64,000 nucleotides of DNA, taken from positions 173,596-237,595 of the forward strand of contig NZ_JMCB01000019.1 of the NCBI RefSeq assembly GCF_000737315.1. Direction: 5' to 3'. Shown here one piece after another: positions 36,986 through 47,800 of the stretch; position 1 is the stretch's first letter, and every line of letters begins with the position of its first letter. The notes below the pieces were generated by a model. The model made no database searches. It saw nothing but the letters and a program-made list of their open reading frames with translations, and had not been told where the DNA came from. The stretch is from Hyalangium minutum. Lineage in GTDB: Bacteria; Myxococcota; Myxococcia; Myxococcales; Myxococcaceae. The translations under genes were made by a program, and so were the position numbers.

Positions 36986-37755
36986 GGCTCGTTCTCAACC
37001 GGGTTGGCCAGGGTGCCGATTCCCTCGATCTCCACTTCCACCGTGTCTCCGGCTGCCAGCTTCCCCACCCCGGACGGCGTCCCGGTGCTGATCAGATCCC
37101 CGGGCAGCAGCGTCATGATGTGGGAGATGAAGGACACCAGCTGGGCCGGGCTGAACACCATGTCGGAAGTCCTACTGTCCTGGCGCACCTGCCCGTTCAC
37201 CCGGCACTGGATGCGCAGATCCGCCGGGGACAGCCCCGTCACGACCCAGGGGCCCGCGCAGGAGAAGGTGTCGTAGCTCTTGGCGCGGGTGTGCTGCACC
37301 TCGCGCTTCTGGATGTCGCGCGCCGTCACGTCATTGAAGCAGGTGAGCCCCCAGATGGCGCGCGCGGCGGTGGCCTCGTCCACGTTCTTCAACCGCTCGC
37401 CGATGAGCAGGCCCAGCTCCGCCTCGTAGTGCACCTCCTCGCTGGCCTTGGGAATACGGATGGGCGAGCGCGGCGCATTGAGCGAAGTGGAGGGCTTCAT
37501 GAAAATGAGCGGCTCGGGCGGCACCGGCTTGCCCATCTCCTCCGCGTGCTTGCGGTAGTTCTGCCCGATGCAGACGATCTTCGAGGCCTCGGAGGGCACC
37601 TGCAGCGCCACCGCGGACAGCGAGCGCCGCAGCCCCGTCTCCTTGCTCCCCTGGCCCCAGGGCGCGCCGTTGAGGACAACCACCTCATTGCCCTCGATGC
37701 GGCCGTACCAGGCGCGGCCTTCGTGCAGGAAGCGGCAGTAGCGTGTGACGGTCAT
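36982..37755 (-). CDS. Fumarylacetoacetate hydrolase family protein
   Basis: [49 protein letters not shown]. Confidence 0.93.
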   Translation of the reverse strand: MTVTRYCRFLHEGRAWYGRIEGNEVVVLNGAPWGQGSKETGLRRSLSAVALQVPSEASKIVCIGQNYRKHAEEMGKPVPPEPLIFMKPSTSLNAPRSPIRIPKASEEVHYEAELGLLIGERLKNVDEATAARAIWGLTCFNDVTARDIQKREVQHTRAKSYDTFSCAGPWVVTGLSPADLRIQCRVNGQVRQDSRTSDMVFSPAQLVSFISHIMTLLPGDLISTGTPSGVGKLAAGDTVEVEIEGIGTLANPVENEP

Positions 37756-38567
37756 GCGGTCCTCTTCAGGCCGAGCACGTCGGCCATGTCGTAGATTCCA
37801 GGGCGTTGGGCCACCACCCAGTTTGCCGCGCGCAGGGCCCCCTTGGCGAACTGGTCCCGGCTGGTTGCCCGGTGGGTGAGCTCCACCCGCTCGCCCTCTC
37901 CGAAGAAAAACACCGTGTGCTCGCCCACCACGTCCCCACCCCGCAGCGCCTGCACGCCGATCTCCTGCGGCGCCCGCGCCCCCAGCCAGCCCTTGCGCGC
38001 GAAGACGAGGTCGTCACTCGTGCGGCCCAGCGACTGGGCGAGCACCTCGGCCAGCCTCAGCGCCGTACCCGAGGGCGCGTCCTTCTTCTTGTTGTGGTGC
38101 GTCTCCAGGACTTCCACGTCGAAGCCCTCGCCCAGCACGCGGGCCAGCTCGGCCGCCACCTGGATGACGACATTGACGCCCACCGAGGTGTTCGGCGCCA
38201 GCACGATGGGAATGGACATGGACGCGGAGGCCACCTCCGAGCGCGTGTCCGGCGAGAAGCCCGTGGAGCCAATCACCATGGGCACGCCGCGCACCGCGCA
38301 CAGCCGCGCGTGCTCCACGCTGGCCTCGGCGCTGGTGAAGTCGATGACCACCTGGGCGCCCGCATCGATGGCCTTGCCCAGGTCATCCAACACGGCCAGC
38401 CCGAGCGGATCGCTCAGGCGCGCGGCGGTGCCGGCATCCTGCCCCACCGCAGGGCTGCCCGTCCGGGAGGTGGCGCCCACGACGGTGAGGCCCGGGGTAC
38501 TGCGCGCGAGCCGCAGCAGCGTGCTGCCCATGCGGCCCGAGACACCGGTAATGACTGTACGAAGCAT
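37752..38567 (-). CDS. dapB: 4-hydroxy-tetrahydrodipicolinate reductase
   Basis: [44 protein letters not shown]. Confidence 0.97.
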   Translation of the reverse strand: MLRTVITGVSGRMGSTLLRLARSTPGLTVVGATSRTGSPAVGQDAGTAARLSDPLGLAVLDDLGKAIDAGAQVVIDFTSAEASVEHARLCAVRGVPMVIGSTGFSPDTRSEVASASMSIPIVLAPNTSVGVNVVIQVAAELARVLGEGFDVEVLETHHNKKKDAPSGTALRLAEVLAQSLGRTSDDLVFARKGWLGARAPQEIGVQALRGGDVVGEHTVFFFGEGERVELTHRATSRDQFAKGALRAANWVVAQRPGIYDMADVLGLKRTA

Positions 38568-38620
38568 GGGCTCCCCGCTCTCGACACCCGAGCCTCCAGA
38601 CGGGAGAGCCCGGGGATGAC

Positions 38621-39502
38621 TCACACCAGGTTCAACCGCGTCAGCTCTTCCTTCAGCTTCGCCGCCTGCGGCTCGGACAGCGGCGTCAGCGGCAGGCGAA
38701 TCTCCGGGCCAAACACGCCCATCAGGTGCAGCGCCCACTTCACGGGGATGGGGTTGGACTCCACGAAGAGCAGCTTGTGCAGCGCGTTCATCCCCACCTG
38801 GAGGTCGCGCGCCTTCTCCAGTTCGCCGGCGCGGGCCGCGGCCACCAGATCCGCCATCATCCGCGGCGCCACGTTCGAGGACACCGAGACGACGCCCTTG
38901 CCGCCGCACGCGATGAAGGGCAGCACCGTGAAGTCATCCCCGGACAGCAGGGTGATGCGGTCGCCGCACTTCTCCACCAGGTCCACCGCGCGCGCCATGC
39001 TCCCCGTGGCCTCCTTGAGGGCCACCACCTCGGGGATGTCGCACAGCCACATGACCGTCTCGGGCAGCAGATCCACGCCCGTGCGGCCCGGAACGTTGTA
39101 GGCCACGATGGGGAAGCCCGGGTGCGCCTTGGCGATGGCCCGGTAGTGCTGCAGCAGGCCGTACTGCGTGGGCTTGTTGTAGTAGGGCGTGACGATGAGC
39201 GTGCCCGCCGCGCCCAGTTCGCGCACGCGGCCCACGGACTCAATGGTCTCCGCCGTGCTGTTGGAGCCCGCTCCCGCCACCACCGGCACCCGGCCCTTTG
39301 CCGCCGCCACGGCCACGCGCACCGCTTGGGAGCGCTCTTCGGCCGTCATCGTCACGGCCTCGCCCGTCGTCCCGATGGGCAGCAGCACGCTCGTCCCGCC
39401 GGCGATCTGCCGCTCGATCAGCGCGCGGTAGGCGTCCTCATCGAGCTTTCCATTCCGGAAAGGCGTGGCGAGCGCCGTCATGGAGCCTTCAAAGGTCATC
39501 AT
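38621..39502 (-). CDS. dapA: 4-hydroxy-tetrahydrodipicolinate synthase
   Basis: [43 protein letters not shown]. Confidence 0.98.
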   Translation of the reverse strand: MMTFEGSMTALATPFRNGKLDEDAYRALIERQIAGGTSVLLPIGTTGEAVTMTAEERSQAVRVAVAAAKGRVPVVAGAGSNSTAETIESVGRVRELGAAGTLIVTPYYNKPTQYGLLQHYRAIAKAHPGFPIVAYNVPGRTGVDLLPETVMWLCDIPEVVALKEATGSMARAVDLVEKCGDRITLLSGDDFTVLPFIACGGKGVVSVSSNVAPRMMADLVAAARAGELEKARDLQVGMNALHKLLFVESNPIPVKWALHLMGVFGPEIRLPLTPLSEPQAAKLKEELTRLNLV

Positions 39503-39519
39503 GAACGCCGCTTATACGG

Positions 39520-40761
39520 TCAGGCCCGCTCGCCGCGCCAGAGATCCTCGACGGTCTCACGCTCGCGGATGACTCGCCATGCCGCTCCGTCAACAAGCAC
39601 CTCGGCGGGCCGGGGCCGGGAATTGTACGTTGATGCCATGCTCATGCCGTACGCCCCAGCACTCATGACGGCGTACAGCTCGCCCTGTTGAGGAAGAACG
39701 ATCGGCCGGGCCCGGGCGAGCACGTCGGTGGACTCGCACACCGGACCCACCACGTCCACCTGAACGGGCTTGCCGCGCCGTTTCACCACGGGTTGCAGCT
39801 CGTGGTGGGCCTCGTAGAGCGCCGGGCGGATGAGATCGTTCATCCCCACATCCACCACTACGAAGGTCTTCGCGGGGGTGCGCTTGCGGTACAGCACGCG
39901 GGTGAGCAGCACGCCGGCGTTGCCCACCAGCACACGCCCCGGCTCGAGGATGAGGGTGGCCCCCGTGTCCTTGGACGCCTCCAGCACGGTGCGGGCGTAC
40001 TCCTGAGGCGAGGGAGGCGTCTCGTCCCGGTAGGTGATGCCCAGGCCACCGCCGATGTCCAGGTACGCCAGCGGATGGCCCTGCTCCTTGAGCGAGCGGT
40101 ACAGCCCCGCCACCTTGGAGATGGCCGCCTTCATGGGCGCCGAGCGGGTCAGCTGCGAGCCGATGTGGCAGTCCAGGCCCACCGCGCTCAGCCCCTTCAT
40201 CTTCCGGGAGCGGGTGTAGAGGTCCACCGCCTCCTCGAAGGGCACGCCGAACTTGGACGTCTTCAGGCCAGTGGCGATGTGGCGGTGCGTGCGCGCATCC
40301 ACGTCCGGGTTCACGCGCAGAGCGAACGGAGCGCGGCGGCCCAGGCGGCGGCCCACCGCGTCGAGCATCTCCAGCTCCTCGGCGCTCTCCACGTTGAACA
40401 TGAGGAGGCCGGCGTTGAGCGCCCGCTCCATCTCGTCCGGCGTCTTGCCCACGCCGGCGAACACCGTCTTGGCCGGATCGCCGCCCGCCTGCCGCACCCG
40501 GGCGAGCTCGCCGCCCGAGACGATGTCGAAGCCGCCCCCCGCCTCCGCGAACAGCCGCAGCACCGCGAGGGTGCTGTTGGCCTTCACCGAGTAGCAGATG
40601 AGGTGCGGGTGCTTCCCGAAGGCCTCCGTCACCATCTGGAAGTGCCGGGTGAGCGTGGCCTTCGAGTACACGTAGGTGGGCGTCCCCACCGCCTCAGCGA
40701 TGGCGGGCAGGGGCACCTCCTCCGCGTGGAGGGTGCCTCGGTGATAGCTGAAGTGATTCAC
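39520..40761 (-). CDS. lysA: Diaminopimelate decarboxylase
   Basis: GTPTYVYS, YSVKAN, DIVSGGEL, HIGSQL, LEPGR, GPVCESTD, GAYGMSMASTYNSRPRPAEV. Confidence 0.98.
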   Translation of the reverse strand: MNHFSYHRGTLHAEEVPLPAIAEAVGTPTYVYSKATLTRHFQMVTEAFGKHPHLICYSVKANSTLAVLRLFAEAGGGFDIVSGGELARVRQAGGDPAKTVFAGVGKTPDEMERALNAGLLMFNVESAEELEMLDAVGRRLGRRAPFALRVNPDVDARTHRHIATGLKTSKFGVPFEEAVDLYTRSRKMKGLSAVGLDCHIGSQLTRSAPMKAAISKVAGLYRSLKEQGHPLAYLDIGGGLGITYRDETPPSPQEYARTVLEASKDTGATLILEPGRVLVGNAGVLLTRVLYRKRTPAKTFVVVDVGMNDLIRPALYEAHHELQPVVKRRGKPVQVDVVGPVCESTDVLARARPIVLPQQGELYAVMSAGAYGMSMASTYNSRPRPAEVLVDGAAWRVIRERETVEDLWRGERA

Positions 40762-40910
40762 TTGCCTGTATCCGGCGAAGGCGAAGGCTGGGCATCCGCG
40801 GGAGGCGGAGGAGGAGGCTCGGGAGGGCGCGGGGCCCCCTTGATGCCACAGGCCGCCAGGAGCAGCCCCAAGCCCAGGAGCACCACGAAGCCACGATAGA
40901 AGCGCTTCAT
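40758..40910 (-). CDS. Small LptM/LppL(YifL)-like lipoprotein
   Basis: Translated by hand: MKRFYRGFVVLLGLGLLLAACGIKGPPRPPEPPPPPPADAQPSPSPDTGK; CGxKGP motif; stop overlaps the lysA start. Not in the ORF track. Confidence 0.8.
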   Translation of the reverse strand: MKRFYRGFVVLLGLGLLLAACGIKGAPRPPEPPPPPPADAQPSPSPDTGK

Positions 40911-40919
40911 GTCCGTGGC

Positions 40920-42764
40920 CTAGAAGCGGATGCCGAGCGTGCCGCGCAACGCCTGAGCCGTCTCGAACTCACGCTGAACGGCCGAGTTCGGGGCCTCCTG
41001 CAGGCCGGACATGGGGAAGAGGATGCCCCAGTTGAGGCCGGCCACGAAGCCATCCTCGGTCTCGTAGCGGGCGCCCAGGTCCACCTCGAGGCCCAGGCTG
41101 CGGTTCACGGTGGACGGCGTGGACTGCGCGTAGAGCGCCTGCGAATAGACGACACTGCCGAACAGGTCGAAGCCGTCCGCCAGCGAGTACTTCACGTTGG
41201 GCTTGACGTAGACCGCGTCGGTGAGGCCGCCGATGAGCTCGCGCCAGAGGATGTTGTCCACGCGATAGGCGCGGTTGAAGCGGAAGTTGCGGATGGCGTT
41301 GTCGCTGCAGCCGCCCACGCCGCACTGGTACTGGGGCAGGCCCACGTCCCGGCCGTTCGGGTTGACGGTGCGGCTGCGCTGGAAGTAGCCGAAGCCCGAG
41401 GCCTTGTCACCCGAGGCAAAGCCGAGCTCCAGGCCCAGGTGCAGATCGCCGTTGAGCATCTTGTACTCGCCCTGGGCCACACCGCCGAACTGGAGCACGC
41501 GCAGCGACTGGTTCTGCGAGGGGTTGGAGGCGTCCCCCAGGGTCAGCGCCCGGTTGTTGATGCTGCCGTAGGTGGCCGCCAACTCCACCTCGATGCGGAA
41601 CATGCGCTCCTCGTAGCGCAGCCACAGGTCCGGCACGTACAGCGTGGCGTCGCGCGGCACGAAGGTCAGCGTGGCCGTGTTGTTCTCCTCCTCCCAGCGC
41701 TGGGTGCGGTAGGTGAAGTGCAGGCCGTAGTTGAGCACGCCCTGGTTGTTCTCCAGCTTGTCCTTGGCCTGTTGGTCCGTGTCCCGACGGGCGATGGCAA
41801 TCACGTAGCTGTGGCTGTCGTCCGCGTTCGAGTAATCGAACGACTCGCGCTGGGCGTCGCCCGTCACCTGCTGGCTGGTGGCGCCCTCGTCGTTGAAGTC
41901 GATCATCGGCGTCACGTAGAAGCCGGAGAAGGGCTCGGTGACGAACTGGATGCGGTCCACCGTGTCGCCGAAGTCACAGTCCAGACAGTTGCCGTCATTG
42001 CGCAGCATGCCCAGGCCCCAGTGGCTGCCCATGCGGCCGAAGCGCAGAATGCCCACCGGCGTGCTCACCTCGCCGTAGGCCCGCTTCACCACGATGGAGT
42101 CGCGCAGCGCGGTCACCGCCGAGGCCGAGGAGTCCTGGCTCTCGGAGAAGATGCCGAAGATGTTGCGGCCGCCATCCAGCGTCAGGTCCGGCGTGGAGCC
42201 GAACAGGAAGTTGTCCAGCAGGTCCACCTGCATCTTGAGGCGGACCTCCTCGGAGACGTTGAAGGTGGGCTCCAGCCGCACGCGCATGTTGGCGCCTGCC
42301 TGGGTGTTCTCCGTCTCCGAGCGCGTGGGGAACAGCGAGGTGTCCCGCCCCTTGCCCAAGTCAAACTTGTAGAAGAGGTTCGGCCGCACGCGGAAGTACC
42401 CATCCAGCGTGAACAGCTCCAGCTTGCGCTTCTCCTCCGTCCACTCCTGCTGCCAGTCAGAGCCCAGCGACTGGGTGGCCATCTGCGCGCGGATCTCCTC
42501 GCGCATCTCCTGCTTGGCGGCTTCCAGGCGACGGTCCAGCTCGGCCTGCATCTCTGGGGTCAGCTCGCTCGGAGCGGCGGGGGCAGACTGAGCAGCGGGA
42601 GCGGCCGGGGCCGGCGTGGCGACAGCGGGAGCCGCCGGGGTGGCGGGCGCGGGCTGGGCGGACGCGGGCGTCCCGCTCTCGGGCACCGGCGTCTTCTGTG
42701 GCGACGTCTGAGCGGTGGCCGTGGCGGAGGCGACGAGCAACGCCGCCAGCAGGACGTGAGACAT
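40920..42764 (-). CDS. TIGR04551-like outer-membrane beta-barrel protein
   Basis: Signal peptide; LDGYFRVRPNLFYKFDLG; FGRMGSHWGLGMLRNDG; C-terminal IRF. Confidence 0.75.
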   Translation of the reverse strand: MSHVLLAALLVASATATAQTSPQKTPVPESGTPASAQPAPATPAAPAVATPAPAAPAAQSAPAAPSELTPEMQAELDRRLEAAKQEMREEIRAQMATQSLGSDWQQEWTEEKRKLELFTLDGYFRVRPNLFYKFDLGKGRDTSLFPTRSETENTQAGANMRVRLEPTFNVSEEVRLKMQVDLLDNFLFGSTPDLTLDGGRNIFGIFSESQDSSASAVTALRDSIVVKRAYGEVSTPVGILRFGRMGSHWGLGMLRNDGNCLDCDFGDTVDRIQFVTEPFSGFYVTPMIDFNDEGATSQQVTGDAQRESFDYSNADDSHSYVIAIARRDTDQQAKDKLENNQGVLNYGLHFTYRTQRWEEENNTATLTFVPRDATLYVPDLWLRYEERMFRIEVELAATYGSINNRALTLGDASNPSQNQSLRVLQFGGVAQGEYKMLNGDLHLGLELGFASGDKASGFGYFQRSRTVNPNGRDVGLPQYQCGVGGCSDNAIRNFRFNRAYRVDNILWRELIGGLTDAVYVKPNVKYSLADGFDLFGSVVYSQALYAQSTPSTVNRSLGLEVDLGARYETEDGFVAGLNWGILFPMSGLQEAPNSAVQREFETAQALRGTLGIRF

Positions 42765-42877
42765 GGGCACGTTTCTCCAGAACCGCTCGGGGCGGCTGAG
42801 TACAGAGGGCGCGCGAGTTAAGCCACGGGGGGGAGGGGTGTCAACGTGAACCACACGTCCCGTACCCACATGTCAAC

Positions 42878-43294
42878 TCACGGCTTGGGGCCCTGGCGCA
42901 GCTCGACGAGCACCCCGTGGTTCCCCTTGGGGTGGATGAAGGCCACCTTCGCCCCACCCGCGCCGGGCTTAGGCGTCTCGTCGATCAGCGGTGCGCCCTT
43001 GGCCTTGAGGGCCGCCAGGGTCGCTTCAATGTCCTCCACCTCCAGGCAGATGTGGTGCATCCCCTCGCCCCGCTTCTCGAGGAACCGGGCCACGCCGGTG
43101 TCCGCAGAGGTGGGACAAATCAGCTCCACCCGGCCCATGCCGTGGCCGAAGATGGCGGTGCGCACCTGCTGCTCGGGCACCTCCTCAATCTCGGCCAGCT
43201 CCAAGCCCAGCACGTCCCGGTAGTGGGAGATGGCCTTCTCCAGGTCCTTCACGGCGATGGCCACGTGGTCGAGGCCCTTGGATTTGACGCTCAT
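42878..43294 (-). CDS. mce: Methylmalonyl-CoA epimerase
   Basis: LDHVAIAVKDLE, VELICP, GEGMHHICLEVEDI, VAFIHPK...GVLVEL. Confidence 0.92.
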   Translation of the reverse strand: MSVKSKGLDHVAIAVKDLEKAISHYRDVLGLELAEIEEVPEQQVRTAIFGHGMGRVELICPTSADTGVARFLEKRGEGMHHICLEVEDIEATLAALKAKGAPLIDETPKPGAGGAKVAFIHPKGNHGVLVELRQGPKP

Positions 43295-44127
43295 CGCTTC
43301 CTCCCTTTGCTTCGGGTTGTGCTGCGCAGGGGTTGGCACTTCGCGCAGAAGTGCGTGGTCCGTCCGCCTTGCGTGAAGGACTGAACCTTTGTCTTGCACT
43401 GGGGGCAGGGCGTGCCCGCTCGGCCGTAGATGAGGAACGGGTTGTCGGCGCCCTCCTCCAGGTACGTCTGCTCATCCCCCACCTCTTCCGCCAAGGCCCG
43501 CTGGAGCGTCTCATGGATGGCCTGGGTGAGGCGCTCCCACTCCTCGGGCTTGAGCGAGGCGGGCTTGCGGGCCGGGTGCAGGCGGGAGCGGAACAGGGCC
43601 TCGGCGGCGTAGATGTTGCCCAGGCCCGCCAGGAGCCCCTGGTCCATCAGCGCCACCTTGAGGTCCTGCCGGGTGGTGCCGAGCGCCTCCCGGAGCTGCT
43701 CCGCGGAGAGCCCGTCCGCCACCGGGTCCCGGCCCAGCTCCTCGATGGCCTTGAGCTGGCGGAGCTTCGCGGCGGGGGCGGGCTCCATTCGCCCGAAGAG
43801 GCGGGAATCCTTGAAGTGGATGACAGTGCCGTCCTCCAGGTGGAGGCGGGCGCGGCTGTAGGGCTCGGACTGGCCCTCGGGGCGGCGGACGAACTTCCCG
43901 GTCATCCCCAGGTGGGCCAGGAGGCCCCGCTCGCCCTCGAAGGTGAGCAGCAGGTACTTGCCCCGGCGCTCCAGGGCTTCGACGCGCCCCGTCAGCTCGG
44001 CGAATTTCGCACGTTTGGCGCCCCGGAAGACGCGGGTGTTGTCCGCCTCGGCGCGGACCACGCGGTGGCCCTGGAGCCAACGCGCCAGGTTGCGCCGGGC
44101 AATCTCAACCTCGGGAAGCTCAGGCAT
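43291..44127 (-). CDS. mutM: Formamidopyrimidine-DNA glycosylase
   Basis: MPELPEVE, RRGKYL, HLGMTG, GLGNIYAAEALF, C-terminal CPQC...CAKC zinc finger. Confidence 0.95.
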   Translation of the reverse strand: MPELPEVEIARRNLARWLQGHRVVRAEADNTRVFRGAKRAKFAELTGRVEALERRGKYLLLTFEGERGLLAHLGMTGKFVRRPEGQSEPYSRARLHLEDGTVIHFKDSRLFGRMEPAPAAKLRQLKAIEELGRDPVADGLSAEQLREALGTTRQDLKVALMDQGLLAGLGNIYAAEALFRSRLHPARKPASLKPEEWERLTQAIHETLQRALAEEVGDEQTYLEEGADNPFLIYGRAGTPCPQCKTKVQSFTQGGRTTHFCAKCQPLRSTTRSKGRKR

Positions 44128-44269
44128 CCGCCCCGGGCACATAGCACCGTGCGCCAGTGCCGCGCATTTCTTACTTGTTCATGCGCGTACACCCGCGAGA
44201 AGTTCCCCGCGCCAAAAGCCGGCACCTCTCCTAATGAGGGGGGCCTCAATCTCTTCACCCGGAGGAAGT

Positions 44270-44869
44270 ATGGCCGACAAGAAGTACACGCCGATGCAGT
44301 TCCCCAACTGCAAGGGCCTCAAGGGCATCAGCGACGCAGTGCTCGAGGTCCACTTCAAGCTGTACGAGGGCTACGTCAACCGCACCAACAAGCTCACCGA
44401 GACGCTCTCGGGCATGGCCACCAAGGGTGAGGCGGCCGGCACCAACCCGATGTACGCGGAGATGACCCGCCGCCTGGGCTTCGAGTACAACGGCGTCGTC
44501 CTGCACGAGTACTACTTCGGCAACCTGAAGGCGGGCGGCAGCGGCGCCACGCCCCCGGCGAAGCTGAAGAAGGCCATGGAGGAGAGCTTCGGCTCCTTCG
44601 AGACGTGGCTGGCGGACTTCAAGGCCATCTCCACCATGCCGGGCATCGGCTGGGCGGTGACCTTCCAGGATCCGCGCACCGGGTGGCTGTCCAACCACTG
44701 GATCACCCTGCACGAGACGAACAACATCGCCGGCTTCAAGCCCATCATCGTCATGGATGCGTGGGAGCACGCCTTCGTGCCGGACTACAAGGCCAACGAG
44801 CGCGCGAAGTACGTGGACGCGTACTTCTCCAACCTCGACTTTGACGCAGCCGAAGGCCGTCTGAAGTAG
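44270..44869 (+). CDS. Fe/Mn superoxide dismutase (ChrC-like subtype)
   Basis: HFKLYEGYV, LHEYYF, MDAWEHAF. Confidence 0.9.
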   Translation: MADKKYTPMQFPNCKGLKGISDAVLEVHFKLYEGYVNRTNKLTETLSGMATKGEAAGTNPMYAEMTRRLGFEYNGVVLHEYYFGNLKAGGSGATPPAKLKKAMEESFGSFETWLADFKAISTMPGIGWAVTFQDPRTGWLSNHWITLHETNNIAGFKPIIVMDAWEHAFVPDYKANERAKYVDAYFSNLDFDAAEGRLK

Positions 44870-44882
44870 GCCGTTCCCGGCT

Positions 44883-47800
44883 TCACCTCCGGGAGGCTCC
44901 CTCGTGCAGGCGAGCCTCCTGGCGGGCCTCCTTGACCCACTCGCGCACCAGCGCGCGCAGCCGCTCCGAGTCGAAGGGCTTCTCCACGCGCGGGTTGCGC
45001 ACCGTCTCCAGGAACTCCTTGGCCGCAGGCGTGTACGCCCCGCCGGTGATGAACACCATGCGCCGGGCCCGCTCCGGCGAGGCGGCCAGCAACTGGGCGT
45101 GCAGCTCCATGCCCGTCATCTCCGGCATCATGAGATCGCAGAGGATGACGTCGTAGCTGCTGCCCTCGGAGGAGGTGAGCCGCTCCAGCGCCTGCCGCGC
45201 ACTCTCCTCCACATCCACGTCGTGCTCGCGCGAGAGCGTGCGCCGCAGCGCGGAGCTCACCAGCGGATCGTCGTCCACGACCAGCAGCCGACCGCGCACT
45301 GTGGCTCCCGAGCGAACCTGGGGCGCCAGAGCCACCTGCTGCGCCGCACGGCTGGCCCCTGGCAGCCGCACCCGGAACACGGTGCCCTTGCCCACCTGGC
45401 TCTCCACCTCGATGCGCCCGCTCATGGAGCTGATGAACGCATGGCACAGCGCCAGGCCCAGCCCCGTGCCCACGCCCACCGGCTTGGTGGTGAAGAACGG
45501 ATCGAAGATGCGCCCCATCACCTCGGGAGGGATGCCGCAACCCGTGTCTCGCACCTCCGCCACCACCTGTGCCTCCCCTCCCCGCTTCAGCACGAGCCGG
45601 ACCTCGTTCTCCTCGGGCTTGCCCTCCGGCAGAGCATGGGCCGCGTTGATGATGAGGTTGAGGAACACCTGCGCCAGCCGTGCCTCGTTGCCCTCCACGG
45701 ATGGCACATCCTCCGCGTACTCGCGGATCAGTTGAGCGCGCGGGCGCAGTTCTCCGGCCGCCATCTTCGCTGCCGAGTCCATCACCGCCCGCAAGTCCAC
45801 CGGACCGTGCGTTTCCTCGTCCTGGCGCGAGAACGTCTTCAGGTCCTTCACGATGCGCCGCACCCGGTCCGCGCCCATCAGCGCCTCGCGCAGCACCTGC
45901 TCCAGCTCCCGCAGCCGATCGAGCGTGGCCTGCGAGCCCGCCTCCCGCGCCAGCTCCTTCACCTCCCCGCTGGCGTGGTCCAGGTTGGACATGATGTACG
46001 AGAGCGGGTTGTTGATCTCGTGCCCCACACCCGCGGCGAGCGTGCCCACCGCCGCCATCTTCCCCGCCTGGACGAGCTGAGCCTGCGTGGCACGCAGTTC
46101 CTGGAGGTTGGCATCCAGTTCCCGGGTCCGCTCCTCCACGCGGGCCTGCAGCCAGCGCTCGCGCTCCTTGAGCCCGCTCACGCGCCAGGCGTAGCCGCCC
46201 ATCACCACGCCGCATGCGGCCAAGACACACAGCGCGTAGAACCAGCCCGTCTGGTGGAACCAGGGCCGCAGCGTCACATCCACCCGGGCTCCGGGCTCCA
46301 CCCACCGGCCATCCCGGCCCAGCGCGGTGACCTCGAAGTGGTACGTGCCCGGCGTCAGCCGCGAGTACGAGACGATGCGCCGCTCCTCGGCCGCCACCCA
46401 GCCGCTGTCATACCCCTCCAGCCGGTAGCGAAGTGGCACCCGCTCGGCGCCGTGCGGCTCGAAGACGGTGAAGCGGAAGTCCACCCACTGTTGGCCCGGC
46501 GCCAGCTCCAGCCGATCGGTGGACGGCACGGGCTGGCCGTGAACCCGGATCTCTTCGATGAAGGGGCGAGGAAGCGGGGAACGAAGCCGGGCGTCCTCCG
46601 TCCGCACCCCGGACACGCCCTGCAGGCCGACGAACCAGAACCTCTTGTCGCGCGCCCTCCATGCGGCGGGCTGGCCTCCCCCGTTGCACTCGCCCGCCCG
46701 CATCCCGTCCCGGTCGTCGAAGAGCATGCCGCGCACGGGCTCGCGCCGCCCATCCATGACCTCCGCCACCTCGCCGCGGCTCACCCGGGCGACGCCCTTG
46801 TTGCTGCTCATCCAGAAGAAGTCCTGGGCGTCCAGCAGGAGGCTGTAGACGGTGTTATCCGGCAGGCCCTGCGCGGTGGTGACCGAGCTGAAGCGCCCAT
46901 CCTTCAGGCGGCTCAGCCCGGTGCCAGTCCCCACCCACAGCGCACCATCCGTATCCAGGAACAGGCTGAAGACCGAGTTGCCCGCGAGCCCATCATGCGT
47001 GGTGAAGCGCGTGAAGGTGCCTTGGGAGAAGCGCACGAGGCCCGAGTGCGTGCCGTACCAGATCGTCCCCGAGTCCTCCCGCAGCAGGGGCATGATGAAC
47101 TCGACGGTGAAGCCCTGCTCGCGGCCGTACACCGTGACGCGGCCGTTGCGCAGCGAGACCAGCCCCGACGAGGTGGCGAACCACATGCCGCCATCCGGCT
47201 CTGGCGCCATGGACCAGATGGTTGCGCCCGGAGGAAACCCCAGCTCGGGCTTGGGCCGGACGAAGCGCTCCCCGTTGAACCAGTAGGCGCCCGAGTACGT
47301 CCCCGCCCACAGCGTGCCGTCCGAGCTCTCCGCCAGCGAGCGGACGCGCTCGTCCTCCAGCCCACGCTCCGGCCCCATGCGGGTGATGACGCCGTCCTTC
47401 ATCCGCTCCAGCCCGCCGCGCAAGGAGCCCCACCACAGCGAGCCATCCTTCGTGTCCAGCACCACGGTGGGTGAGATGACCGTGGCGCCTTCCGGCTCGC
47501 CGACGGGGAGGAAGGGCCCGCTGCGCAGGCGATGGACCCCGTCTCGCCCCGTCCCCACCCACACGCTGCCATCCGAGACCTCGCACAAGCTCAGGATGGG
47601 CTCGTTCGCCAGGCTCTGCGGAGCCAGCGCGGGAGAGAAGCCCGTCACGCCCCGCCGCACCAGCCCATTGTCCGTCCCCACCCAGAGGTTGCCGTCCCGA
47701 TCCTCGAGCAGCGCCTTGATCTGGAACCGGGGTACGCCCTGCTCGGCGCCATACACGGTGAACTGGCCCTCCCGCAGGGAGTAGAGCCCCTGGGTGGTGC

